64,000 bases of DNA, taken from NCBI RefSeq assembly GCF_016432865.1, contig NC_067398.1:117304001-117368000 (forward strand), given 5' to 3'. This DNA comes from Antechinus flavipes (taxonomy: Eukaryota). The notes beneath the pieces were generated by a model. The model saw only the letters and a list, made by a program, of their open reading frames with translations, ran no database searches and had not been told where the DNA came from. The translations under genes were made by a program, and so were the position numbers. Below are positions 1 to 11,709 of the stretch, piece after piece. How positions within the stretch are numbered: position 1 is the stretch's first letter; each line of letters opens with the position of its first letter.

Positions 1-570
1 TTTTTCATGCATGCTTCATATATTTTTGAATGCTTTTCTTGACTTAGTTCTTTATGAGAAAGCATGGATAGGTGGAGTGAAAATGACCTTGTGAGAAAAT
101 AGAATCCTTGGAGTTTTTAAACACAAAGGAATGGGACACTGTACATAAGCAACCAATCAATATTTATTAAATGCCTACTATGTGCTAATAGTATATACTA
201 TATTAGGCATTTTGCTAGGCATGAAATGGTTTCTACTTTCAATGAACCTACTACATAAAAATTAAACTTTAGAAAAGTAGATTTCAAAAAGTTCAGAGGA
301 AAAGATATGTAATTCCATGGACAAAATGGTACAGTAGACAATAAAGATAGTTCACACAAGATGGAAGACTCTAAAAATAAGATTATAACAATACCATACC
401 AAATAATCTTATAGGAGAGAGTATTGGAAAAAGCCAATTTGATTATCAATGAGGCAATATTTTAAAAGGGCAGGTTCAGTGGAAGATGGAAGTACAGTTA
501 TATGAGTAAGGAAAAATAATCTTAAAAGAAAATGTCAGAAAAAGCAATGGCTATTAAAAACAAAGGATAA

Positions 571-1536
571 AAGTCATTATTAATCAGAGAAATGAAAATT
601 AAGACAACTCTGAGATACCACTACACATCTGTCAGATTGGCTAGAATGACAGGGAAAGATAATGCGGAATGTTGGAGGGGATGTGGGAAAACAGGGACAC
701 TAATATATTGTTTGTGGAATTGTGAATACATCCAGCCATTCTGGAGAGCAATTTGGAAATATGTTAAAAAAGTTATCAAGCTGTGCATACCCTTTGACCC
801 ACCAATGTTTCTACTGAACTTATATCCCAAGGAAATCTTAAAGGGAAAGGGACCTGTATATGCACGAATGTTTGTGGCAGGTCTCTTTGTAGTGGCCAGA
901 AACTGGAAACCGAGTAGTTGCCCATCAATTGGAGAATGGCTGAATAAATTGTGGTATATGAATATTATGGAATATTATTGTTCTGTAAGAAATGACCAGC
1001 AGGAGGATTTCAGAAAGGCCTGAAGAGACTTACATGAACTGATGCTGAGTGAAATGAACAGGACCAGGAGATCATTATACACTTCGACAACAATACTATA
1101 TGATGATCAATTCTGATGGATGTGGCCTTCTTCAACAATGAGATGAGCCAAATCAGTTCCAATAGAGCAGTAATGAATTGAACCAGCTACACCCAGCGAA
1201 AGAACTCTGGGAAATGACTATGAACCATTACATAGAATTCCCAATCCCTATATTTTTGTCCACCTGCATTTTTGATTTCCTTCACAGGCTAATAGTACAC
1301 TATTTCAAACTCTGATTCTTTTTGTACAGCAAAATAACTGTTAGGACATGTATGCTTACATTGTATTTAATTTATACTTTAACATACTTAACATGTATTG
1401 ATCAATCTGCCATAGGGAGGGGGAGGGGATGGAGGGAAGGAGGGGAAAAATTGGAACAAAAGGTTTGACAATTGTCAGTGCTGTAAAATTATCCATGCAT
1501 ATAACTTGTAAATAAAAAGCTATAATAAAAAAAAAT
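571..1536 (+). mobile_element. 5'-truncated LINE-1 (end of ORF2, 3'UTR, poly-A)
   Basis: ORF 592-1023 is the L1 ORF2 C-terminus (TTLRYHYTSVRLA...CWRGCGKTGTLIYCLWNC). It is followed by a G-rich tract, AATAAA and an A-tail. 14-bp TSD AAAACAAAGGATAA at 557-570 and 1537-1550. Confidence 0.93.
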
Positions 1537-1889
1537 AAAACAAAGGATAATTAGAAATGTTCTTTCTTTCTTTCTTTGTTTTTTAAACTATGTTTAAAAT
1601 AAAAATAAGGAAGTGATAGATCCTCTGCTTAGGACACATGGTGTAATGCTAACAGACAACAAACAAAGAAAAATTACTCAATCCTTATGTCACTTCTGTT
1701 TTTCTTTTTAAGCAAAGAGGATGATTTTTAAAATGGAAGTAATATGATATGTGGTAGGAATAGTGAATAAACAATTGTTAAGAAGAAATTCTTAATAGGT
1801 GAAAAGGACACTTATTTAACTCTTTTAAATAGGTTCAAGTTGCCATGTCCAACAAAACACATTTTCACAATATTGAAACACTGCCAACA

Positions 1890-2760
1890 TGACCTCAGAA
1901 CCACTTTGGGGAATTGTGGAGAATGGAGGAAAGTATCAAAAAACTGGATATGGGCAAGTGTCCCAATTTTCAAAAAGAGTAAACAAAGAATAAGGACAAT
2001 CCAAACTGTTGTAAGTCTCTGGCAAAATTCTAGAGCAGACAATTGAACAGGTCTTTTGTGTTAACTTAAAAAAGGGAAAGTTCCTGATCACTAGGAACCA
2101 ATTTAGATTTACTAAATCATGGCGAACTAAACTGATTTCTTTCTTTCTTTTTTAAATCAGATAATTAGATTGATAGAACTGCAGAATAATGTAGAAACAG
2201 TGTATTTTAAGTTTTGCATGGAACATGAGAAAATATCTCAAGATACTCTTGTGAACAAGGTAGTAAAGTATGAGCTGAATGATGAATATTCAGTTGTTTT
2301 TTCAGTTGTGTCCAACCCTTTGTTACTACATGTGGTTTTGCTTTTATTTTTGTTTCTTTTTGTTTTTGTTTTTGCAAAAATACTAGAATAGTTTGCTGTT
2401 TTCTCCTCCAAGTCATTTTACAAATGAGGAATGATACTTTACAGTATCAACCTGGAGAGACATTTCAAGTGAAGGTCTATCCTTGACCTTATCACCTTGA
2501 CCAAAAATTTTGGACAGGATAACTTAGCTAAAGAGGTAGATGGTGTGCTCATCAAATTTCTAGATGGGCAACATTAGACTAGATAACTACAGAAAGGAAT
2601 AATAATTGGATAAGAAAAGATCTCGACAGGCTGAAAGAATGGGCTAAATTTAATTTAATGAAATTTAATAAAATGAAATTTAATATAATGTAAAGCCTTG
2701 CATGTAGGTTAAAAGAAGCACTTCTATAAGAATAGGACAGGGGAGACCCGACTTAAAATT
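1890..2760 (+). mobile_element. Degraded L3/CR1 LINE fragment (probably continues at ~3340-3830)
   Basis: CR1-like RT-region phrases (gggcaagtgtcccaattttcaaaaag; ctcatcaaatttctagatg; gatctcgacaggctgaaagaatgggc). No open frame; boundaries approximate. Confidence 0.55.
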
Positions 2761-2829
2761 GCTATGAAATTCCTATGACAAATATTTAGGGGCTTTATTT
2801 GACTGAAATTAAGTATGAAAATTGAAATT

Positions 2830-3300
2830 AAGTATGTGTGATAGATATACATCCCAAAGAGATCAAAGAAAGAGAAAAAGAACTAGTATATATGAAAATG
2901 TGTAATGCAGTTCTTTTTGTGGTTGCAGAAAATTAGAAACCATTAATCAGGAATGGCTGAATAAGATAGAGTAGATAAATGTGATGTAATACTATTGTGC
3001 TGAAAGAAATGATGAAGAGAATTAATGATGAAAAAAGAATTCCATGAGATTTCAGAGAACTCAGAGAAGACTTATATGAACTGATGAAGTAAAGAGAATC
3101 AGAAGAACAATTTACATAATAACAGCAATGATCAACCCGAATTGGATGTGACTAATGTGGAAATTTATTTTGCTTGACTATATATGTTTGTAAAAAGAGA
3201 TTTTGCTTTGCTTTTCTTTTTAGTGGAAGTAAGGGAAGAGAAATATTAGATGAGAGGGAGAAGATATAGATCTTAAGGTAAAATAAATTTGGATTTTAAA
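2830..3300 (+). mobile_element. Old L1 3'-end fragment
   Basis: Diverged paralogue of 830-1100 (aggaatggctgaataag...aatactattgtgctgaaagaaatgatga...gaagacttatatgaactgatg). Confidence 0.6.
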
Positions 3301-4063
3301 AAAATTGGTGTAGGACATATTAGACATCCGTTTTTGGTAGCTATCAAAAAAAGGTAGTTTAGTTTTATCTGCATGAAGAATCTATGATAAGGGAATCCCT
3401 ACTTTCCTGATCAGGAAACATCTAGAATATTATGTACAGTTCTGGAAATTACAGTTGTAAGAAGGACTTTTTAAAGAAATTTAACAGATCCAGAATTATG
3501 ACCAAGTCTGGAGACTACATCATATGAGAAATAGCTAAAGGAACTGGTTTTGATTATTTAGTTAAAAAAATAGAACTCTTAGGGATGGGAAATTGGCTGC
3601 AGAATTCAACACTAATAGCAAAGGGTAGACATTATAAAGAATCAAATTTAAGCTTCTTATAAGGAAAAAGTTCTTAAATATTGGAGCTATCCAAAAATAT
3701 CCAAAACAGATCCCAGAGAGCAGTAGATTCATCCTCATAGGAAGTCTTAAAACAAAGTCTGGATTTCTATTAGACAACTATTTTGTAGGATATTTTCGTT
3801 CATATAAAGATTGAGCTAAAGGAACAATGAAACCCCTTCCAACTTTGACTTTATGGGATTAAAATAATAGTTGCCTTCAAATAGTTGAAAAATTATTCTA
3901 TGGAAGAGGGGTAGATTCAGCCTTTGTAGCTTCAGAGGGTAGAACTGGAAACTATGGGAAGAAAAATAAAGTTAAGTCCAAAAAAAAAGGAATGATTCTG
4001 GCTCAGTGTGACATAGAACTTTCTATTAATAAGAATCCTCAAACAATGAAAAAAGCCATCTTG

Positions 4064-4594
4064 TGTGAGACCAGCTCAAGGGCCTCGTGGAGAAAAAGGC
4101 ATGACACAGGGTAGGCAGAGGCTTCCATTAATGAATTTCAAAATTCATTTATTGATCTGAGAGCCAGGGTTTATATACTCTTTATGCTAGTATTGCAATA
4201 ACACCAGGTATCTTAAAGTTACATAACGTATATTCCATTGTTACTTTGTAGCTAGACAATATTAAACAGTAACTGGCTATAACAATCTGTGTACCACAAT
4301 ATAATCATAAATTGTCTAGTTTGTGTTCCTGTTACATGCATTTATTACCAAAGTTATACTGAATTTATATCAAACATGTTTTCCTGGTGCTTACATGTTC
4401 ACATAGGTAATTTCCAGATTCATTACATCTTTATTCAACAGCACTTGTTTGATCTAACAGTCAACTCATCTTCTTCTCATCCCTGTTTGTTGATAAGAAT
4501 TTATGAGCCTACTGCAGATCAATCCCACCGCTACACAGAGAGTTTGTTAATCCTTGCAGAGCTTTTTAAGAGATCTTGTTGCTGGTCCTCTACA
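4064..4594 (-). mobile_element. Solo LTR
   Basis: TG...CA termini with imperfect inverted ends. 4-bp TSD CTTG at 4060-4063 and 4595-4598. Minus-strand TATA-like (plus tttatata ~4169) and AATAAA (plus tttatt ~4148). Confidence 0.65.
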
Positions 4595-5054
4595 CTTGTG
4601 AGATAGTGAGCTCTCTGTTTTCAGCATTGGGCAGTTAGGGATTTAGAACAAATTCTTGTATTGAATACAAAATTGGACTGGATAACCTCCTAGGGTCCCT
4701 TCCCTTTCTTACTATGGTTGGAAAATGATTTGTGTTTCCCCACTCGATTTCACATTAACTGCTTTCCAGGGCCTAGCACAGAGTAAGCATATAGTAAATA
4801 TCTGTTGACAGTAGTGGAAAGAGCTCCATGTTTCATGACATTAAATAGGCTATATAACCTTGGACAAATTACTTTACTTTTCTGGGTCACCTGTAAACTG
4901 AGGGTGTTGGATAAGATGATTCATTCATTAATCACTTTAAACCTGTGGTTTCAGTTTTGCAGTTTAACCAGAATTCCTATGAATTGTAGCACTAGAAAGA
5001 TAGCTAATTAGTCTCTCCAGTCAATACAAGCACTTTCTTCTGGCAGGGATTTTT

Positions 5055-5421
5055 TTATTATTATTATTATAGCTTTTTATTTACAAGATATATGCATGGG
5101 TAATTTTTCAGCATTGACAATTGCAAAACCTTTTGTTCCAACTTTTCCCTTCCTTCCCCCCATCCCTTCCCCCAGATGGCAAGTTGACCAATACATGTTA
5201 AATGTTAAAGTATAAGTTAAATACTATATATATATATATACATGTCCAAATAGTTATTTTGCTGTACAAAAAGAATCGGACTTTGAAATAGTGTACAATT
5301 AGCCTATGAAGGAAATCAAAAATGCAGGTAGACAAAAATAGAGGGATTGGGAATTCTATGTAGTGGTTCATTGTCACCTCCCAGAGTTCTTCCACTAGGT
5401 GTAGTTGGTTCAGTTCATTAC
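5055..5421 (-). mobile_element. L1 3'UTR fragment, same subfamily as 571-1536
   Basis: Reverse complement of ~1170-1530. 16-bp TSD TCTGGCAGGGATTTTT at 5039-5054 and 5422-5437. Confidence 0.9.
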
Positions 5422-5739
5422 TCTGGCAGGGATTTTTAAAAATCTTGTTCTGAAATCTAAGTTATAATTAAATACATTTTTGTATTTTTTTTGTATTACT
5501 GTTATGAATCTTATCCCCTAAAAATGGTCAAGTTTAGAAAAATCCTTGCAAATGACAAGACAAACAAAGGAGCATAATTATGTATTGGGAGTGAGTGTAA
5601 ATACCAAGGCTGCCCAGATATGAGAGAGGTCTGGAGCTTCACAAAGGATTGCTGATTTTGGGAAACCCACACAAGGACATCATGAAAAGGATTTCATACA
5701 TTTCCTTTGATGCCTAGGAATGATGCTTCTTGTTATTCC

Positions 5740-5990
5740 TGTTATTTGTCCTTCATTCTCAAAGACCATGACATCATGACTTGCAAGTGAATTGGATTTA
5801 AGTGAGGCAGGGCTGTGTAAAGTCAACAGCTTCACTCTTTCCTCTGGAGCTGTCTGAGTCCAGTGGCAATATGTGGATCAGGACAATTGGATATGGCACT
5901 GGATGCAGCTAAAGACCTTGGTCTTTCTAAGCTAAAGTCTTTCCCTAGTCTCAGTTTGTTTGAAGTATCACTTATTCAATGATTAAAGCT
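5740..5990 (+). mobile_element. Marsupial SINE-type repeat (related copy in opposite orientation at ~50540-50730)
   Basis: ttgtccttcattctcaaagaccatgacatcatgacttgcaagtgaattggatttaagtgagg; its reverse complement occurs at ~50620-50725. Exact family not determinable. Confidence 0.55.
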
Positions 5991-6374
5991 ACACTTAGAA
6001 ATAAGGCAAAGAATGGCCCATTTGCCTATTTTTTAAAAACAACAACAACAAACAGTCTGGGAGGGGAAGACCTATGAGCCAAAAAAAAAGATGAAATTTT
6101 TGAAAGACAAACAGTAAAAGAATATAAACTAAGCATAGTTTCTTCAGGTCTTCTAGTTCCCCTGTAAGATGTATTCAATGACCCCAGATAAAAGTGACCT
6201 AAAAAGGAACTAAGATTTGAAAAGCTGATAAAGGGTATACATATTTACATATTCTTCCCTACTAGGTGATTGTTTATCTGAAAGCCTGTGCCAGAGGTTA
6301 TCTCCTTAAAACAAATTCCTTATTGGTCCATACTAGATATCCTGCATTTGTTATCTTACCAGGTCTTGTTGCCT

Positions 6375-6518
6375 GTTGCCCAAGTTAGTTATTGACTTAC
6401 CATGTTCACAAAGCTATGATCCTATCCCGAATTTTGCCCTAGGGTTGTGTTGCCCAAGTCATTTGCTGACCTACCATACTCACAAAGCTATAACCCCATT
6501 CCCAATCTTGCCCTAAGA
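6375..6518. repeat. Two-copy ~74-bp diverged tandem repeat, possibly within an LTR relic (~6160-6600)
   Basis: gttgcccaagt...tgac(t/c)taccat...cacaaagctat...ttgcccta starts at 6375 and again at 6449. Confidence 0.7.
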
Positions 6519-6930
6519 TTCTGGTCCCTATCTCCAACTGTCTTTGTATAGTTTTACCTGTATATCCTAACTAAATCAATTCAAAATATAAAATGTGAAA
6601 TAATTTTATTATTGCTGCCCCCAAACCTACTCTTTCCCCAGTTTCTCTTCCTGGTATCACCATTCAAGTATGTAATCTCTTATGTTTTCATCTCTTCCTT
6701 CTTCCTCATCTCATATACTCCATCAGTTGTCACATCCTGTATAGTTTACCTTACCTACATATCTACATATCTGCTTTCTACTTCTATTGCAATCATTCTA
6801 GTTCAAGCCTTCATCCCTTCTCAATTAGATTATTATAATAGACTCTGTTTTTCTTTTCTTTCTTTAATGCATTTCACCTGAACAATCTTCCAAATTTTAA
6901 TTTCCATACTTTGATTATCAAACCTTTACT

Positions 6931-7421
6931 TGTTGTGCCAAAGTTCCCTTTTAATGTTATGACTCAGTTTCTCCAATTGTCCTATTTAGTTATTCTGCCT
7001 CAGGTTATAACATTTCCCTCTTAATATTTGATGAGATAAAGGTCTACCTCAGTGGTTGATGAGATAAAGGTTTTATATCTTTAGGTTATAGACATTCCTT
7101 CTTAATGTTTGATAGGATAAAGGTTTATCCATTTTAGATGTCATTAGAATATCAATAACCTCTCCAGTACCTCCTTCCATTATGTCATCCTAGGGGTCTC
7201 CCCCCCATTGGGTTATCCCCACTCAGGTACCTCCCCCATTGTGTCTTTGTTCTTGTTATCCTATGAAAAGGTTTACCCTCTGATGCTGAAGTACTGGACT
7301 CTTTGAGATGATAGTCCAGCCCTGGGATCAAACATGGACCCATTGGTCCCAGTATTTCTCTCCATTTATTAAACTATTGAATTGGCTAATCTCTGTCTTA
7401 CTCAGTTTCTTCGGCATTACA
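6931..7421 (+). mobile_element. Solo LTR inserted into an L2 relic
   Basis: Termini TGTTGTGCC...GGCATTACA (7/9 inverted match). 4-bp TSD TACT at 6927-6930 and 7422-7425. Internal ttgat(ga/ag)gataaaggt repeats; ATTAAA at ~7368. L2-like sequence on both sides (6620-6900, 7430-7740). Confidence 0.75.
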
Positions 7422-8684
7422 TACTCAGAAAACAGTCTCTTCTGTCTACACAGTAGAGTAGCAATTATCGACTCCCTATTCCCTACCTTCCAAAACACAC
7501 ATATTCAGTCTCATTCTAACCCAGTTTTCAGCCTTATCCCATGCTATTTTCCTTCACATAGTCTACACTGTAGCCAAATGGTACTACTTTGTATTCTCTT
7601 TCTTCATCTTACCCTTTTTCTAGTACCATACCTTTACCTATGGATTTCTCCTCCCTGTCCTACCTACCCAATTGATTGACATTTTCCTTTCCTTTAAAGC
7701 CCAATTGAGGTTGAACCTCCCTCACAAACTTTTTTTCACAGAATAATGTCCTTTTTTTTCACAGAATAATTTCCTGGGAATAAGTATCTAGCAATCAGGA
7801 CTAATGAGACCTGGGACTATATCAGGAGAAAATGATTGGCTCACAAAGTAGTAATCAAAAGCCAAAGAAAGAAAACCAGGACTGAGCTGGGAGACAAGAC
7901 CTAGAACTGTGGGCCTACTACAACTTCTGTGACTGACTAATATATCTCCTGTCATACTGGAGAAACTAAAGAGTTAACCAGAAAACTAGTGCTCCCCAGG
8001 AGAGACACACACTGCATGTGTAAGGTGAAATGTAGCAGTCATTGAGGATAAATGCTAGGAGTTTAAAATTTGATTTAATTCCAATATTCTTTCATAATAA
8101 ATACCTTTGCTTTGAATTTACAGACAGTAAGTTTAGTTCAGTAAAAGAAACTTTAGTAGGGACTTGTCAACAGTAGATTTAAATTGCCAATTAATCTAAC
8201 AGAACCAAGAATCTAGAATTAGCTGGAAAAGGAAAGAGAGTGGTTCAGGATACTACACTTGATAAATGTAAATTATATTCATTTGGGAGTAAAGAGAAGG
8301 CCTCATCAAGGATAAAGATCAACTGGGCCTTAAAGCATGGATAGGATTGCAAAAGACAGAAATGGTAGAATTTTCTAAAATTAGGAACTTTATAATCAAA
8401 GAAATTAATAAATTATGGTGTGACTGGCCATGCTAGTATACATCCTTAATCCTTACTACTGAGATGTCTAATTCTGGCATATTGATTGATTTTGGATGTT
8501 GCGAAGTACATTGCAATAAATCTAGAAGTGATCAGGGGTCCACACTGACTATGACACTAATATGAGAGGAAGTGTTTCATCAGGCTGCCTAAGGAGAAGC
8601 TGACTCAGGAGGAAAATGAAGCAGGTCAAATGCTCCCATGTCATCAGTAGTAGGATTAGGCCTTAGAATGGCCACTTTACTTCT

Positions 8685-8937
8685 NNNNNNNNNNNNNNNN
8701 NNNNNNNNNNNNNNNNNNNNNNNNNNNNNNNNNNNNNNNNNNNNNNNNNNNNNNNNNNNNNNNNNNNNNNNNNNNNNNNNNNNNNNNNNNNNNNNNNNNN
8801 NNNNNNNNNNNNNNNNNNNNNNNNNNNNNNNNNNNNNNNNNNNNNNNNNNNNNNNNNNNNNNNNNNNNNNNNNNNNNNNNNNNNNNNNNNNNNNNNNNNN
8901 NNNNNNNNNNNNNNNNNNNNNNNNNNNNNNNNNNNNN
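8685..8937. other. Assembly gap (253 N)
   Basis: Run of N. Confidence 0.99.
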
Positions 8938-9053
8938 AGAAGATGGCAACTAATTCAATTTGACCAGAATATAAAATACAGAAAAAAAAAGTACTCATAT
9001 AAGGCCAGAAAAGAAGTTTAGACATTATATATATATATATACGTGTGTGTGTG

Positions 9054-9592
9054 TGTGTGTGTAGTTGAAGAACTTCCAGCAGCTGTGTGTAGTAAAAATA
9101 AGGTGAAGAAATTCTAAGGACGTTTAAATTCCTCTTCTATATTTTAGTTTCTCTAGGTCGCTGTGACCTAAGTATGTTGAATAGTAGCCAATATGTACTT
9201 ATATTTTAGATATATGTATTTAACCTAGAATGATGACATTTATTGCTGTTCAAGTTATCAATGTTTATACAACTAGTTGCCTGATGTATGGTTCCTCCCA
9301 GAACTAGAGAATCTGCTGTTTTGGGCACGAATAACATCCAATTAAGGGGTGGGGGGGCACCTATCTCTTAATGTTCTCCAACTCATGATATAATCCTTTG
9401 TAACTAAAACCTATAAAAACTGTATACCTTATCCCCTTCTTTAGCTCTTCTACCATGAGCTCTCTTTCTCTTTCCCTCCTCGCAGTGGAATTGCTCATTC
9501 TTATGAGAATTAATTAAATAAATAACTTTTCTGCTTTTTACTTCGAAAGTCTCTGAGTAGTCATTTTTGGATAGGATTTTCTATCCCCCACA
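9054..9592 (+). repeat. 5' LTR
   Basis: TG...CA; aligns end to end with 16035-16562 (about 25-30 substitutions and ~8 small indels by manual count). TATA-like cctataaaaa ~9411; AATAAA ~9517. Confidence 0.93.
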
Positions 9593-9596
9593 GTTT

Positions 9597-9614
9597 TGGG
9601 GGCTTGTCCAGTAT
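9597..9614 (+). promoter_or_regulatory. Primer-binding site, tRNA-Pro type
   Basis: TGGGGGCTTGTCCAGTAT is a 15/18 match to the tRNA-Pro PBS TGGGGGCTCGTCCGGGAT and lies 4 nt after the LTR's CA. Confidence 0.85.
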
Positions 9615-11709
9615 GAGTCTTTGGGGGAGATGGCTGCACACCCCAAACGGGGATAGGCGCACTCAAGGCTAGTTTTTCTGTGGTCTCTGCTCTGAATGTG
9701 TAGCCTCCCTCTCTCTCTTACAAATGACCCAAGGCAGAGATACTCAGTGAAAAGCAGAATTGAAGACAAAAAGGAGAAATAGAGTCCTAACAGGCCGTGG
9801 CGGCAGTCTGAAAAGAAACACGTGTTCTCGAGGTGAGCTTGGAAAAGTCTGGGGTCTATTGGCTGGGTCAAGGGAGACCCAAGGGACTAGCCCTCCTAAA
9901 AATTGCTTTGGTAGACTGCTATTGACCCAATGGTAAAGGACTATCTAAGGAGACTCTCTTGGATGACTGCGGGGCATGAGGGTAACAAAGGACCTCTGCT
10001 GACAACTTGGTTTGAGACCAAGTTGTAAAAATGGGGCAGAAGCAGTCCAAAGATTTATGTCAGGACATTAGTTAGGAAATTCAAGAAAAATAGAGCTCTG
10101 GGTCTGTCTGTGTATGTATGTTCATCTGCTTTGCATTCTGTTCTGTGTTAAAAGTTAGCAAGCTCATAAGAGATAAGAATCCAGCCTCTGTGTTTCAGGC
10201 TTCATTTAGAGTATTAATTCTTTCAGAGTGGATTAGGTAAGAGAAAGAAGTTTGAAAAAAATCTTTTTCTCTCTCCTCCCTCTAGCTAACAGCTTCAGCT
10301 TTGTGGGGAGAAGGGGGAGGAGGGAGAGAAGGAAAAAAATGTTTAAGGTAAAGCAAGGATTTGGTGTTTAACTCTTTCCTGGCTTACTAAAGAAAAGAAG
10401 TTTGAATGGAATATCTAGATAAATTTCAGGAAATCTCACAAACTAAAATATGGGTTAATTTTAAAATAATTTTAAATTGGTATGTTGGAAACAAGAAACT
10501 GCAGATATTGGAAGGGAGGAATAAAAATTGGTTAAGAGAGGTAAATAGATGAACACGGGGGTTCTCTGACTTGTTGGACCTGTGGGAAAACTAAGCGTGT
10601 TTCTTTAAAAAAAAAATTGTGCCAGGAGAAGAAAGAAAAATCATTATTAGCAAGTTTGCTTTCACGAAATTAGAGAACAGAAAGTTTAAGAAGACTAAAC
10701 TGGGTAATTGTCTACAACATTTGATTAAGAGTTTGGGGAACTTACTATATTTTAAAGAGGTACTATAATTTTGAAATTGAAATAAAATTGAAATTGGAGG
10801 AAATAATTTTACTGTTGCCTTGCACATGTTAGATTTATTCTGGGTAAAAATCTTAAGAATTGCTTGAATATTGTGGCCTTTACATCTGAAGAGAAAAACT
10901 TTTCTCTTTTTTATTATTTGGTTAGACTTCAAATTGAAATTCAAAATTATTGTTATTAAACAAAATGCCAGTAGTTTACCTTGGGGTGGGGGGTCATGTT
11001 TGTATCTCCCTACTTAAATGGTATATTGCTTTTTTAAAGTATTGGGTAATTTGTAAGCTATATTATAAGTTTTATGAAATTTGGTTCAAAATTAATTGTG
11101 AATCTTAAAGTTTAAAAAAAAAAAGGTGATTTAAAGACAAGGGAAAAGAGAGATTGATTTACAAAAGCACCTAATAGTTTAAATGGAGCATATAGTCAGA
11201 AGAGTCACAGAGAGATAGCTGTGAGACAGGATATGTTTTTGCAGGAGGAGAGCAGCAGTGGAAAGCTTCAGCCGCTTTTGGCTGAAGAAAGCTAACTTTT
11301 TTAAAGGGACACACTGCTCTTTCAAGATATTAATTGATTGAACATTTGTTTCTTTAGATACATAATGTTTTTTGTGTTTAAAGAATATAATCAGAAATAT
11401 GATATATAGTTTGAAAGAATTATTTCAAAAAGGTTTAATTGATGTTTTTAAGAGCTTTTCAGATTCTTTTATGTAAAAATAGGAAGTTTTAATTAACTGC
11501 CAATTATTTAAAAGGGACTCCAAGGATCATAGTTTTTGCCTCTGTCCTTTTGAAAATGTTTTTGTTATGGACAATATGTAGTTTGGGATTTTTCTATGTA
11601 TTGGGTATATTAAAAAAGCAAAATGATTGATATAATATTCAATTTATGGAACATCTACTTGGGTATATGAGAATTGTGTGAGCATTTTGGGATAAATTTC
11701 TTATTGTTA

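Noticed and set aside
8638-9025. Three ORFs of 90-127 aa
   Set aside because: Artefacts of translating through the N gap.
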